From the IMG/VR virus record IMGVR_UViG_3300043570_000570, positions 32,001-96,000 of that record: a stretch of DNA of 64,000 bases; one strand, written 5' to 3'. This DNA is from a virus. The translations under genes were made by a program, and so were the position numbers. The notes beneath the pieces were generated by a model. It saw only the letters and a list, made by a program, of their open reading frames with translations. It ran no database searches and was not told the DNA's origin. Shown piece by piece: positions 9,701 through 18,516 of this stretch (the stretch's first letter is position 1; every line of letters starts with the position of its first letter).

Positions 9701-11730
9701 AGACCTTTAGCAATTACTGACTTATTGTTTACACGATTACCTCTTACTAATTCATAACCACAGATAAGTTCCTTAACAGGGATCTGATTATTACCGTAAG
9801 TATTTAAAGGATCGTATACTGTAAAGGTATTTAAATACCCTTCAAAGTCACTCTCAAGAATACGTACTCCAATAGGGTAAATTAAATCTTTACTGTCTGC
9901 ATGTATGTGAGAAATTGCATTCTCAGGAAACTTATGAAATCTTATAGGTTGTTCAGCTAGTGCTCCCCATACTTCTGTGTAACAAGGATAAGTCTCAGTA
10001 GACTCCCAGTAAGCAAACTCTCCTGAGTCTTTTACAGTAATCTTACAACTGTACTGAGCTTCTTGTATAGAAGGTTCATTACTAGGAGGTGTAAGTCCTG
10101 CAGTAGCTGTGTTATATACTTTCCAAGTAGGTAGATCTTTTTCTACAATACAATCATTGGGAACAGTAAATACGTCTAAACTAGATCCCTTAGATAAAGT
10201 ATTTGTATCAGAACCAGAAGCAACTCTTCCTGGAATATGGAATACATCTGTATACTTTCCGTTCTTTAATCTAAACTTAATTCCGAATGGATAAACTTCA
10301 TCTCTTTGATATGTACGGAAGAAGTATGCAATCTCTGGATTAGAGTAATCAAACTTACTATCAGCAGGCATCTCTACGGTTTCCCAACGTAACTTAATAT
10401 TGTTTGCAAGTAACTGAAAGTTATACTTAGGCGTTTCTGTTAAATCCGCTAACATTAACATGTCAGTTTGCTTATCAATAATCCCTGCACTATCATAGTG
10501 AGGACTGCGAATAAGAGGAACAATAGAAGAGAACGTAGAAGAATAATCTCCTGTATAGATTAAAGAATCTTTATTTGTAGTTTGGTTAACTCTATAAGTA
10601 CCTACTAGTTGGTATGTAGTTACTTGATTTATGTTTTCAGCTACTACTAGATTAAAGTAATCAAAAATAGCAGTACTGTGTTCTATAGCAACTCGGATAG
10701 ATTTAGAAGTCTCGTATTCAGTTTGCTCAGTAATAGACCTTTCAAAGATTGGGATAGGATTACAAAAGTCTACATAATCAGTAAGTTCTTTTCCATTCTC
10801 ATCTGCATAAGCAATAGAAAAAGAATATACTCCTCCTTTTAATACTCCTCCTGAGTTAACAGAAGTTGGATAGATATCTGCTTGACAGAAATCGGGAAAT
10901 AACTTTAGTCTTTCACAAGAGTCAGTTAAACAATCAGCCAATACTCCGCACTGATCTTTGCCATAAGGTTCTTCCAATGAGAAGAATCTAGGACTAATGT
11001 TCTTTGCAATAAAATAAACTTTGGTATTACAGTTGTCTATACGGTACTCAGAATATACAGGATAGTCTGGACTTAAGCCTAAACAACACTTACTAGACTT
11101 AGGTACACAAATTCCCTGAGATATAAAACGTTCAGAAACAATACCTGTGTCTGGAGTTAGAGTGTATTTATCTTTTCTAGCTCTAAATACTCCTACTTGT
11201 CCCGCAGGAAAAGTAATATTAGTCTCTAAACCAGAACAATCTATATAATTTACTATGTAAGGAGAAACAGAAACACTCTCTACCGAGTATTCGTAACAGT
11301 CAGAACAATCACAACAGTTGTCTACAACTAAAGGAGTAAAAGTACAACAACCCTCAGCTAAGTCTACCGTACTAGATAGTGCAGTACCTGATACACAACC
11401 ACAATCTTTTTCACTTTCTACCAGACTAGTACAGTCTTTTCCTAAGTCAGTAACCTGTCCAATCAAAGAACGTCCATCTGGGTGTGCTAAGAAGACAATA
11501 AGTTTAGATTGTTCGGTAATACTTAATGTTCCTGTAATTTTAAATCCAGGATACAAGTTGACAAAATCATAACAGATCTGACTAGAGGATTCATTAGTAT
11601 AGGTAGTTGAGTTACCATCATGAGATTGAACATTTGCGTTTAAAGCAAACGTAATCATGTTCTCCTTTATCTGGTAGTTAACTGAATCTAAATTTAACCC
11701 AGCAGTATTCTGATTGATTTTATTCTCCAT
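6718..11730 (-). CDS. Tail stabilisation / nozzle ('muzzle') protein, crAss-type
   Basis: 1670 aa; YQRDEVYPFGI, GYELVRG, FGGDTYI, GTFWVDAKRG, SWTVAYSP motifs; follows ring and IHF-like genes as in crAss-like phages. Confidence 0.75.
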   Translation of the reverse strand: MENKINQNTAGLNLDSVNYQIKENMITFALNANVQSHDGNSTTYTNESSSQICYDFVNLYPGFKITGTLSITEQSKLIVFLAHPDGRSLIGQVTDLGKDCTSLVESEKDCGCVSGTALSSTVDLAEGCCTFTPLVVDNCCDCSDCYEYSVESVSVSPYIVNYIDCSGLETNITFPAGQVGVFRARKDKYTLTPDTGIVSERFISQGICVPKSSKCCLGLSPDYPVYSEYRIDNCNTKVYFIAKNISPRFFSLEEPYGKDQCGVLADCLTDSCERLKLFPDFCQADIYPTSVNSGGVLKGGVYSFSIAYADENGKELTDYVDFCNPIPIFERSITEQTEYETSKSIRVAIEHSTAIFDYFNLVVAENINQVTTYQLVGTYRVNQTTNKDSLIYTGDYSSTFSSIVPLIRSPHYDSAGIIDKQTDMLMLADLTETPKYNFQLLANNIKLRWETVEMPADSKFDYSNPEIAYFFRTYQRDEVYPFGIKFRLKNGKYTDVFHIPGRVASGSDTNTLSKGSSLDVFTVPNDCIVEKDLPTWKVYNTATAGLTPPSNEPSIQEAQYSCKITVKDSGEFAYWESTETYPCYTEVWGALAEQPIRFHKFPENAISHIHADSKDLIYPIGVRILESDFEGYLNTFTVYDPLNTYGNNQIPVKELICGYELVRGNRVNNKSVIAKGLIYDVGTFEDVESGKKFYYPNYPYNDIREDGYIKSSPDWYNAADRGEKNDNIPGMGPHKGFNTIGSRYTFHSPDTHFQLPKIGTELKIETLEFGKVQGKFMPVLDHPQYKFLTKADYGLSAVLADALSLAFETTASAVDPNTKLKTDGLSILTNNQIFIDLIERLIPNTNFAYQFNSVGKYTSFRPITTRGNRRRFLDIGLYANDKIVELNDDRPLHNRLRETSVYLKTSAGFSYEYPFIQDTSRYTIGENNLEDTPEKVTESDTRAYYASIKREFPNQYGQIENIRYVSTGYIVDVTTSLNGTAKILKKYYPAFGGDTYINKFALKRKHSFFTRNLANLPAKVNNVPFDYWLYPNLGYPTYYIGESPEEINAGIASSLATGVGAALTTLLASPAVFGGATSGVTLNAFISGTLASIYSLFVKKNNLDADPNRFFYQKGVFYTASYGIPVFYVESDINVDLRHGRNDLEENFYPNVGDGIPDDWLHEVNVPIKFDNFYSYNATYSAQNLSPNLPYRLKYPSLECLTYHQNRVIYSDPANASNYLSDAWRVFRPGNFYDFPKQGGRLIDLNAGENERVYARFENTTKVYNSRITLSTTSPYQLEIGNAEMFKQKPVELSKTDLGYIGTQHKAYVKCEFGTFWVDAKRGHIYQITGEGFNEIKTENNFNWFKNNLPFNILKDFPDADIDNPQSGLGIVMGWDERYERVFITKLDYLARKDLVGIITYEDRKFYYQEINLRIEVQLTNPTYFENKSWTVAYSPKLKNFISFYSFLPNFFVPLLGHFQTIINTGTGSSIWNHNLSVYTYQTYYGILYPYILEYNVNSFPQVSTVNSVTLMQDIQEYYSDYEYYSLSTANKKNLANFTKAIIYNKEQSSGIIKLIPEEFGNTRQKITYPRMTATGIEALISRREQLYTFNGFWNVAAQGNGQPLWSTQWGDLVTQYPIDKVPNTKSVRPVSVSYQKNKIKSDFAKIRLIQDAYSRFKFINTIQITQTNP

Positions 11731-11735
11731 TAATC

Positions 11736-12572
11736 TTATTGAATATGGTATTTGATAAAGCGATTACGCATCTTAACTACGTTATCTGCCATTTGCTGTT
11801 TAGTGTAAGTCAACAAGTAACCATTAGCTGCTTGTAGTTTACTCAATTGATCTTGTCTGTAGTACTGAAACTTAGCTTCTACTTGACGTTGACTCTCGTC
11901 TACTACTGAATGCCAAAGTTGTTCAAAAAACTTAAACTTAAGATAAGACTTGATATACTCTTCAACTTCAAGAACTTCTGGCACCATAGGTAGGTTATCA
12001 TCGTCCATTGGACGTGAGAAATATCTAACGTATATGCAACCAGTTTCAAACGTAGATGTAACAGTTTTATTAGGATGGATTTGAATAACATCATTTGAAG
12101 AAGTACTAATGTTAGGACAGTCTTCAACACATAGTGCTTTAGATCCGTAGTAAACCTTAATCCAAGTAGGTTCTCTCATTGTAATCTTAAAGCCAGGAGT
12201 AGAAACAGATACTGTTTCATACATCTCTTCTTTAAGTCCACAATCTGTACAACCATCAGTACACTGAATTGATTTGTACCAAGAACCTTTTACAGAGTTA
12301 ACCCCCTGAGACCAGAAGATCTCAGAGTCATAATATATAGCATAGTCTAATAGCCCAAAGTCGCAAGGAAGTTCTGACTTGTAATCGTGAAAAGACAAAA
12401 CCAATTCTTCTGGTTTTAAGACCATGACTCTAAGTTTACGAAGTGCTTGGTCTACATAGGTAGGAATCATCACTTCACTTATTGCACCTGCCTCAAAGTA
12501 CGACTTTAACTCCTGCTTTACTTCCGCAATTAGGGGCTCAGATGAAATAAAGTTAGTGTTATCGTAATTCAT
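11736..12572 (-). CDS. Tail tubular/ring protein
   Basis: ELPCDF...GCIYVRYFSRPMDDDNLPMVP; synteny directly before the stabilisation protein. Confidence 0.65.
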   Translation of the reverse strand: MNYDNTNFISSEPLIAEVKQELKSYFEAGAISEVMIPTYVDQALRKLRVMVLKPEELVLSFHDYKSELPCDFGLLDYAIYYDSEIFWSQGVNSVKGSWYKSIQCTDGCTDCGLKEEMYETVSVSTPGFKITMREPTWIKVYYGSKALCVEDCPNISTSSNDVIQIHPNKTVTSTFETGCIYVRYFSRPMDDDNLPMVPEVLEVEEYIKSYLKFKFFEQLWHSVVDESQRQVEAKFQYYRQDQLSKLQAANGYLLTYTKQQMADNVVKMRNRFIKYHIQ

Positions 12573-12583
12573 GTTTTTATATT

Positions 12584-13075
12584 TTAAGACTGTATGTCTA
12601 TTTTGTTTTCTCTTATAGCTTGCGCTAGTACTGCTTTGTGTTTGTTAGACACTCTTAAGTCATAAAAGCCAAACTGTACTACCCTCTTATAGTAAGGATA
12701 CAAGTGAAACTTATAGACGGCACCATTGGTATGTGTGTTTCTATAAGGCACTTTGACACCAGTTTCGTGGTAGAGTTTCCAGTTAATAATCGTATGTTTA
12801 GCTTTTGGAATTGCATTTTCTGTCTTTACAACTTTAATGGAACCTAAGTTTGGAAATCTAATTGCGTATCTACCACGTAACAATCTCTCCATAAGTTTTA
12901 AGTGTATCCTTTTAGGAATGCCACAAAATTCTTTGTAGGTGATATCTTTACGTTTGGTTTCTCTTAAGAACATTTCGTAAGCACCAAGACAGACATAGTT
13001 CGTATCTGAAGCTGTGTCTTTCTCTTTTTGTCTTACTTTGGGTTGCTGGTTTTTTCTTATAAAGTCTTTCGACAT
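12584..13075 (-). CDS. IHF/HU-like protein of the crAss-like tail module
   Basis: IRFPNLGSIKVVK...INWK...YRNTHTNG; position between ring genes. Confidence 0.6.
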   Translation of the reverse strand: MSKDFIRKNQQPKVRQKEKDTASDTNYVCLGAYEMFLRETKRKDITYKEFCGIPKRIHLKLMERLLRGRYAIRFPNLGSIKVVKTENAIPKAKHTIINWKLYHETGVKVPYRNTHTNGAVYKFHLYPYYKRVVQFGFYDLRVSNKHKAVLAQAIRENKIDIQS

Positions 13076-13077
13076 AA

Positions 13078-13719
13078 TTAGTTGGGTTCGTCTCTGTTGT
13101 TATCTTCCAAGTCTTGAGGGATTCTTTGATAGTTCATCAATGACTGAGTACACATTTCAATTAATGCGTCTGTTAGATAACCTGGGAACTTAAATTGTTT
13201 ATCATACATACTCATGCATTCTGTACCATCTAAGTCTTCTATAGACTCAGTGAAGTAAGCGTACATATTAACACACTCTACGTCAGGATCTAAAACATAC
13301 AAATATCCATTACGAATGGTGTAGTATTTTTTAGGGGTCTTAAAACGTAAGCGGGTATGATTGATGTAATCTCTAATAGTCGTGGGGAAAAGTTCTTCTG
13401 AGTTCGAAGTATTGAATACCCCCTGAATGAAATATGAATATAAACCTTCATCTATGTTTGGTAGTTTGTGTTTGGTTCTACGGATAGGACAATTTAAATC
13501 ACACTCCGATCCCTTAGCTTCAATCAAGTGTACACACTCATATGATTGATAAACATTATCTGAAGTAAGCAACCTTCTCAAATTGATCTCTCTACGTAGT
13601 AAAGTAGCTGCTTTTGTTTTTAATAAACCATAAATATAACGATCAGTGATTAAGTCATCGTCACTAACAAACTTGTTAGCACTCTTAACTCTACCGATTA
13701 ATTCTGAATTTGTGTACAT
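13078..13719 (-). CDS. Tail ring/adaptor protein
   Basis: YYTIRNGYLYV...FKFPGYL...PQDLEDN; crAss-like synteny. Confidence 0.6.
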   Translation of the reverse strand: MYTNSELIGRVKSANKFVSDDDLITDRYIYGLLKTKAATLLRREINLRRLLTSDNVYQSYECVHLIEAKGSECDLNCPIRRTKHKLPNIDEGLYSYFIQGVFNTSNSEELFPTTIRDYINHTRLRFKTPKKYYTIRNGYLYVLDPDVECVNMYAYFTESIEDLDGTECMSMYDKQFKFPGYLTDALIEMCTQSLMNYQRIPQDLEDNNRDEPN

Positions 13720-13755
13720 CTCAGGATATAGTTTGGGTTAATTTAAGGTTCATTA

Positions 13756-13786
13756 CAAATATAATTTAATTTTAAGTTTAAGTCAA
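13756..13786 (-). promoter_or_regulatory. Bacteroidota-type promoter
   Basis: CAAATATA 13756-13763 and CAA 13784-13786 on + strand (TTG-N20-TATATTTG on -). Confidence 0.6.
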
Positions 13787-13796
13787 GGGTTATTTT

Positions 13797-13875
13797 AAAA
13801 CTAGAAGAGCCCACTTTCGCAGGCTCCTACTAGCAAGATGACAGGAAAACCAACCAAAAAATCCTGCCAAGATTT
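13797..13875 (-). ncRNA. Candidate antisense sRNA hairpin plus terminator
   Basis: Minus strand: hairpin GGCAGGA-UUUUUUGGUUGGUUU-UCCUGUC, then GAGCCUGC-GAAA-GUGGGCUC and U-run; 10+10 nt complementary to the start of ORF 29276-29479. Confidence 0.45.
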
Positions 13876-13878
13876 TTA

Positions 13879-15762
13879 TTAAATTGCTGCGTAAGAATTT
13901 CCTCCGATAAATATCTCAAGAGATTCTCCAACAGCTAAAGATATTGGACTTGCAGGGTTATTCAATTCTATCGTTAAGTCACTACCATTTATGTAACATA
14001 CACCTTGATACACAACAGTCGAGTTAGTACCTGAAGTTGTTGCATACTTAAGAATCAATACGTTAAATACTGGAAGGTATAGAGGAAGATATCCTGCAGG
14101 AACTGTTGCAAAGACTAAAGATTGACCGTGTGCCCAAGCAAAAGAACCTGAAGCATTTACAGCCAAACTTCCAACGATTGTAATTGTTTTACCAAACTTA
14201 GATACTTTAGGCAAAGATCCACTTGGGAATCTTAAAGAAGGAGCAACTACTGCATTGGTTAAAGTTCCTGCAACTAAATTAACTGCTGTAGCCGTTCCAC
14301 TAGATCCAGAAGACTCTAAGTTAATAGTTACATTACCTGCATTATCAGCACGAGTAATAGACACTGTTCCTCCAGTAGAAGTAAAGATAAGTTCTTTATT
14401 TACAAACTCAGAACCATTCCAGAACAAAGTATGGTAGGTTGCAGGAGAACTTGTAGTTACATCAGACAGAGCAGAGATAGAACAAGTACTCAATTGAGAG
14501 CAAGCAAATCTTACTCCTGAAGCCAAAGCTACATTTAATCCGTCTGCATCACTCGTAGCAACAAAGTCACTAGAATTTAATTTAAGTTTTAATCTACCTA
14601 AAGTAGAAACGATCTTTCCTAATTGGTTAATTAGTGTATCTGAACTGTTAGTAAAACCAAAAGTATAACCGTAATAAGGAGTTGATCCAAAGTTTGTAGC
14701 CCAAGTTAAAGCATAACTAGAAGCAGGTATAGAAGCTAAGGTAGTATTAATTGCACAGATCTGACTTGTAAACAAGATAGCTGCTGCAGCTAAAGTGCTA
14801 GTTGCTGATCCTCCTGTAATACATGAAGTATTAATAGATGCTGGAACAGAACCTCCGCCAGCTACATAAAGTTTAAGATCGTTAGCTGTAACAGTTACAG
14901 TACCAATATTAGTGTTTTGCAAAGTATGCATACCACACATGTTAGTAGTAACCCAGTTAATATAATCCGAAACTACAGTGGTAGAAGGCTTAGTAGTAAA
15001 TGAGTAAGAGATACAAGGATTGTTTACAACCCCAGTCATATCTACACTTGTGTTAATAGAACAGATTTTTGTTCCGTAAGCAGTCAAGATTTGACTTAAA
15101 GTAGAAGTACCTGAAGTAATCCCAGATACACAAGCTGCAACAAACGTAGGAGTTTCTAAAGCAAGAGTCCTAGTATTCAAAGAACATAAAGCAGCAGAGG
15201 TAGCTTCAGTGAACTGTTGTGCAGTTGTAATAGCTGTTCCTATACCTGTTAAAGCTCCTCCTACACGTAGACAAGAGTAGTTGAACCCAGAGTAGTTAAG
15301 ACCTACTGAGGTAATCGTACAAAGTCTTTGGTGTAAGTTAGTAATAGCTTGATCTAAAGTACTAGTAGTAGAAATTAAAGCTGCTAAAGATGTAACAGTT
15401 AAAACTAAGTCGTTAGCAGTAGTAGCTCCACCTAACGCTGTACCTAATATTGTAATAGTATCGTTTACTGTATAAGAAGATCCTGAAGATACAATAGTAA
15501 CAGTGTAAACAGTAGATCCAACAGTTCTAGTTACTTTAACTTGAAGTCCACTACCTGTTCCACCCGCAGGTGTTAAGGTCACTTCAGTTGTGGTTAAAGG
15601 GGGTACTGCTGTACCTGTAAAAGTAAGTGTACCTACTCCCCCTGTAGCACAGTACAAAGGAGAACCAGAGTAAGTAATACACTTACCGTAGTTCGTTGAA
15701 AGACATCCTACTTCAGCGCAGGGTGTGTATATAGTTCCAGTGCAATCAATACAAGTAGACAT
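13879..15762 (-). CDS. Thr/Ser/Cys-rich tail fibre/collar protein
   Basis: 627 aa low-charge structural composition; GKCITYSG N-terminal motif shared with the next gene. Confidence 0.55.
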   Translation of the reverse strand: MSTCIDCTGTIYTPCAEVGCLSTNYGKCITYSGSPLYCATGGVGTLTFTGTAVPPLTTTEVTLTPAGGTGSGLQVKVTRTVGSTVYTVTIVSSGSSYTVNDTITILGTALGGATTANDLVLTVTSLAALISTTSTLDQAITNLHQRLCTITSVGLNYSGFNYSCLRVGGALTGIGTAITTAQQFTEATSAALCSLNTRTLALETPTFVAACVSGITSGTSTLSQILTAYGTKICSINTSVDMTGVVNNPCISYSFTTKPSTTVVSDYINWVTTNMCGMHTLQNTNIGTVTVTANDLKLYVAGGGSVPASINTSCITGGSATSTLAAAAILFTSQICAINTTLASIPASSYALTWATNFGSTPYYGYTFGFTNSSDTLINQLGKIVSTLGRLKLKLNSSDFVATSDADGLNVALASGVRFACSQLSTCSISALSDVTTSSPATYHTLFWNGSEFVNKELIFTSTGGTVSITRADNAGNVTINLESSGSSGTATAVNLVAGTLTNAVVAPSLRFPSGSLPKVSKFGKTITIVGSLAVNASGSFAWAHGQSLVFATVPAGYLPLYLPVFNVLILKYATTSGTNSTVVYQGVCYINGSDLTIELNNPASPISLAVGESLEIFIGGNSYAAI

Positions 15763-15765
15763 AGT

Positions 15766-16293
15766 TTATGGGCAGCAGGTACAAAGTTTAGTAATAATAG
15801 TTCTAAGCAATCCTCCAAGATCAGTAGGTAAACCTGTACCACAAGGATCATCACCTAAACATTTAGTTTTCAAAAAAGCAATAAAATCAGGACTTAAAGG
15901 AAGATTTTCCCAGTAAACATTACCCTTGTTGGTATTAATGTCTCCTGCAGAAAGGTAATTCATACGAGAACGCAACTCACAAATAACTCCTAGAAGTTTA
16001 AGTACCACTTCAGAAGAGTAATACTTATCGTCTTTTACTGTAAGACCAGTTGTAGAAATTACGGAAGTAAGTCCACATGCTGTATTAGCATTATCAAATG
16101 CAGTTTTATTTAATCCTACACGAACATCTAAGTTAACTACCTTATCATCCAATAACTTAAGCAAGTCATTCAGGTAGGGATCACAAGAGTCAAAAGAATC
16201 AATCAGACCTCCTGTAGTAGGAGTACCTGTATACTTTACGCACCCAGAAGGTACGATTTCTACACAGTTGTTATTAGGGCAGCAGTTAGTCAT
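15766..16293 (-). CDS. Cys-rich structural (tail hub/fibre-associated) protein
   Basis: SGCVKYTG motif; CC pairs at both termini. Confidence 0.45.
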   Translation of the reverse strand: MTNCCPNNNCVEIVPSGCVKYTGTPTTGGLIDSFDSCDPYLNDLLKLLDDKVVNLDVRVGLNKTAFDNANTACGLTSVISTTGLTVKDDKYYSSEVVLKLLGVICELRSRMNYLSAGDINTNKGNVYWENLPLSPDFIAFLKTKCLGDDPCGTGLPTDLGGLLRTIITKLCTCCP

Positions 16294-16294
16294 T

Positions 16295-16483
16295 TTACAA
16301 TTTTATTTTAAGTGTTTGTGTAGTATCACATTCTAAACAGTGGGAGTACTTAAGCAATCTTGCTAATACTCTTGATTTCTTGTAATACGGTTTAGTTAAG
16401 TATTTAATATGCTGAAGCTCCTTGTAAGCAGCTGTAGCAAGTTTTTTCTTAACAGTCAAGCTCAAGTCTTCTGAGTAGGTCAT
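16295..16483 (-). CDS. Small basic hypothetical protein
   Basis: Likely start MTYSEDLSL inside track ORF 16295-16534; CxxC near the C-terminus. Confidence 0.4.
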   Translation of the reverse strand: MTYSEDLSLTVKKKLATAAYKELQHIKYLTKPYYKKSRVLARLLKYSHCLECDTTQTLKIKL

Positions 16484-16955
16484 CGGCTTTCTTATATAAT
16501 TCGGTAGCTTTTGTAGGGTTGCATAAGTCAGCATGTGCTTCGGCTCCCTTTAACAGAAACTCAATCTTGTCTAAGTAATATAACATCTTCTCATCATCAC
16601 AGCAGTCTACATATTTAGCCCATTGTGTAGCAAGACGACAATCAATCTTACAAGTCCTTAGGTGATGTCTAGAGTTAACTCCAGTATCAGGACAGGTTGT
16701 TATAACTAATGAATATACACCATCTGGTAATTCTGTAAATCCAGAAGTAGCTGAAGTCGTAAAGCCAAAAGAATAAGAGTTATAAGTATTGGTTTCTCCT
16801 AATAAGAAAACAAACTCATAAGCTGAATCATAACCAGGAACTCCAATAAAAATACTTGCACTTGTAGGAGCTAGAGGATATACAGATGTGTCAATGATTG
16901 TTAAGTAAGAACAATTTTTAGCTTTTAATGCTTCTATATTTAGTTGTACATTCAT
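16449..16955 (-). CDS. Tail hub-like structural protein
   Basis: LPDGVYSL motif plus Cys-rich helical C-terminus, as in crAss-like tail hub proteins. Confidence 0.5.
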   Translation of the reverse strand: MNVQLNIEALKAKNCSYLTIIDTSVYPLAPTSASIFIGVPGYDSAYEFVFLLGETNTYNSYSFGFTTSATSGFTELPDGVYSLVITTCPDTGVNSRHHLRTCKIDCRLATQWAKYVDCCDDEKMLYYLDKIEFLLKGAEAHADLCNPTKATELYKKADDLLRRLELDC

Positions 16956-16972
16956 TTGTAGTTATTCTTTAA

Positions 16973-17929
16973 TTATAATACAGAAGTTACTGTTTGCCAA
17001 CCTGTAGTAGTACTGATACAAAGTTTTTGTAAAGTAGTATCAAAAACTAAAAGACCATTAGCAGGACTTGAAATAGCATTTTTTTGAGTACTAGTCATTC
17101 TTGGAAGTAAAAGTCCTTTGTTTGTACTCTCAATTTCCATAGCAGCAGAAGCATGTATTGCACCACTACTTACATTTATTCCCAGTGTACTTTGGATATT
17201 AAACATCCTAGTATTACGAACAACATAAAATACATTACCTAAAAGTGTTCCAGCATCAGAAAATGTACTAAGGACTAAATTATTAGATCCGGTGTCTGTT
17301 ATACTAAACTCAATCATTTTAACATTATTATCCCTAAAAGATAAATAAGTAGTTCTACTAGGAGAACTCTTATCTAAGTTAACTATGGTATCGCCACTAA
17401 CCTGTTGGATATGTAACAAAGATTTAGGAAACCGTAAACCGATACCAATATTACCGTTTGTGGTAAAAGACATAGCTTCACTTAAGAATACACCATCTCT
17501 GTAGGTTCTAAATGCTCCTACACTATCTGTTTCAAGAGTTGGATTTGAAGCAAAGTCTACATTTACTTGTTCTTGTACAGGATTTCTTTGGATTGTAAAT
17601 CTGTTATCTCCAGAATCATCTAATATATTAAGATATACTGGAGCATCTGTCTTAATAGATAACAAACCTTTTACCATTGTTTCAGTAGTAGATAACTGAA
17701 GTATAGAAAGATTATTAGAAGGATCAACTACTGTAGTTAAAGTAGATGTTATGTTAACACCTCCAGCTAACTTTAAAAATCCACTTCCTCCTCCAAAATT
17801 CTTTGGGCAACAAGTGGGATTATTAATTACACTAACTATAAAGTTTTCTAGTGAAAGACCTACAATATCACTACCAGTAGTAGTAGATTTATATACAAAA
17901 GTTCCGGGTTTTAAAAAAATATCTTTCAT
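16973..17929 (-). CDS. Fibre protein
   Basis: GNIGIG...LHI and STNKGLLLPRM...PANGLLVFDT repeats typical of Bacteroidota fibres; N-terminus shared with 18012-18458. Confidence 0.6.
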   Translation of the reverse strand: MKDIFLKPGTFVYKSTTTGSDIVGLSLENFIVSVINNPTCCPKNFGGGSGFLKLAGGVNITSTLTTVVDPSNNLSILQLSTTETMVKGLLSIKTDAPVYLNILDDSGDNRFTIQRNPVQEQVNVDFASNPTLETDSVGAFRTYRDGVFLSEAMSFTTNGNIGIGLRFPKSLLHIQQVSGDTIVNLDKSSPSRTTYLSFRDNNVKMIEFSITDTGSNNLVLSTFSDAGTLLGNVFYVVRNTRMFNIQSTLGINVSSGAIHASAAMEIESTNKGLLLPRMTSTQKNAISSPANGLLVFDTTLQKLCISTTTGWQTVTSVL

Positions 17930-17940
17930 TTAGTGTAGTA

Positions 17941-17970
17941 CAAAAATAGTCTATTTAAAAATTAACACAA
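17941..17970 (-). promoter_or_regulatory. Bacteroidota-type promoter
   Basis: CAAAAATA 17941-17948, CAA 17968-17970; nearly identical to 24360-24389. Confidence 0.6.
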
Positions 17971-18011
17971 GAGACTATTAAATTAAGGGGAGTATTACCT
18001 CCCCTATTTAA

Positions 18012-18458
18012 TTAAAGGATTGCGTAATTAATTTTAATTGCTGACAACACAGCGCCTGTAGCGTTGTAGATGCGGATAGCAAAAGAACCTGCAGCAACAC
18101 TCTCAACCGAAAGGTGGATAGAGTAAGCAGCCAATCCAGTAGTGTTGATAGTCAACAAAATAACTGAATCTGCTTTTACATAAGAGTTGTTTACAGTAAA
18201 TACAGCGTTACCTGCAATTGCAATGTTGGTAGTATCAGTAGTGATAACTCCAGCAGGGGCATTCAAAGTAACAGCAGTAGCACGAGAAGTAGCTTGAGTA
18301 ACAGTTCCTTTAGTCAAAGAAACGTTTTTTACACAGCAAGTAGGGTTAGCCAATACACTTATTACAAAATTCTCCAAAGATTCTCCTGGGATAGTATTTG
18401 AGTGCGATGTCTTAGTCTCCTTAAGGTATGTACCTGATTTTAGAATAATATCTTTCAT
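18012..18458 (-). CDS. Head fibre/decoration-like protein
   Basis: VTQATSRATAVTLNAPAGVIT...FTVNNSYV; followed by hairpin 17986-18005. Confidence 0.5.
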   Translation of the reverse strand: MKDIILKSGTYLKETKTSHSNTIPGESLENFVISVLANPTCCVKNVSLTKGTVTQATSRATAVTLNAPAGVITTDTTNIAIAGNAVFTVNNSYVKADSVILLTINTTGLAAYSIHLSVESVAAGSFAIRIYNATGAVLSAIKINYAIL

Positions 18459-18516
18459 TTTTGTTTTATTTAATTAAGGTTAAAAAAGGGGAGAGTATTA
18501 GTCTCCCCTATTTAGA

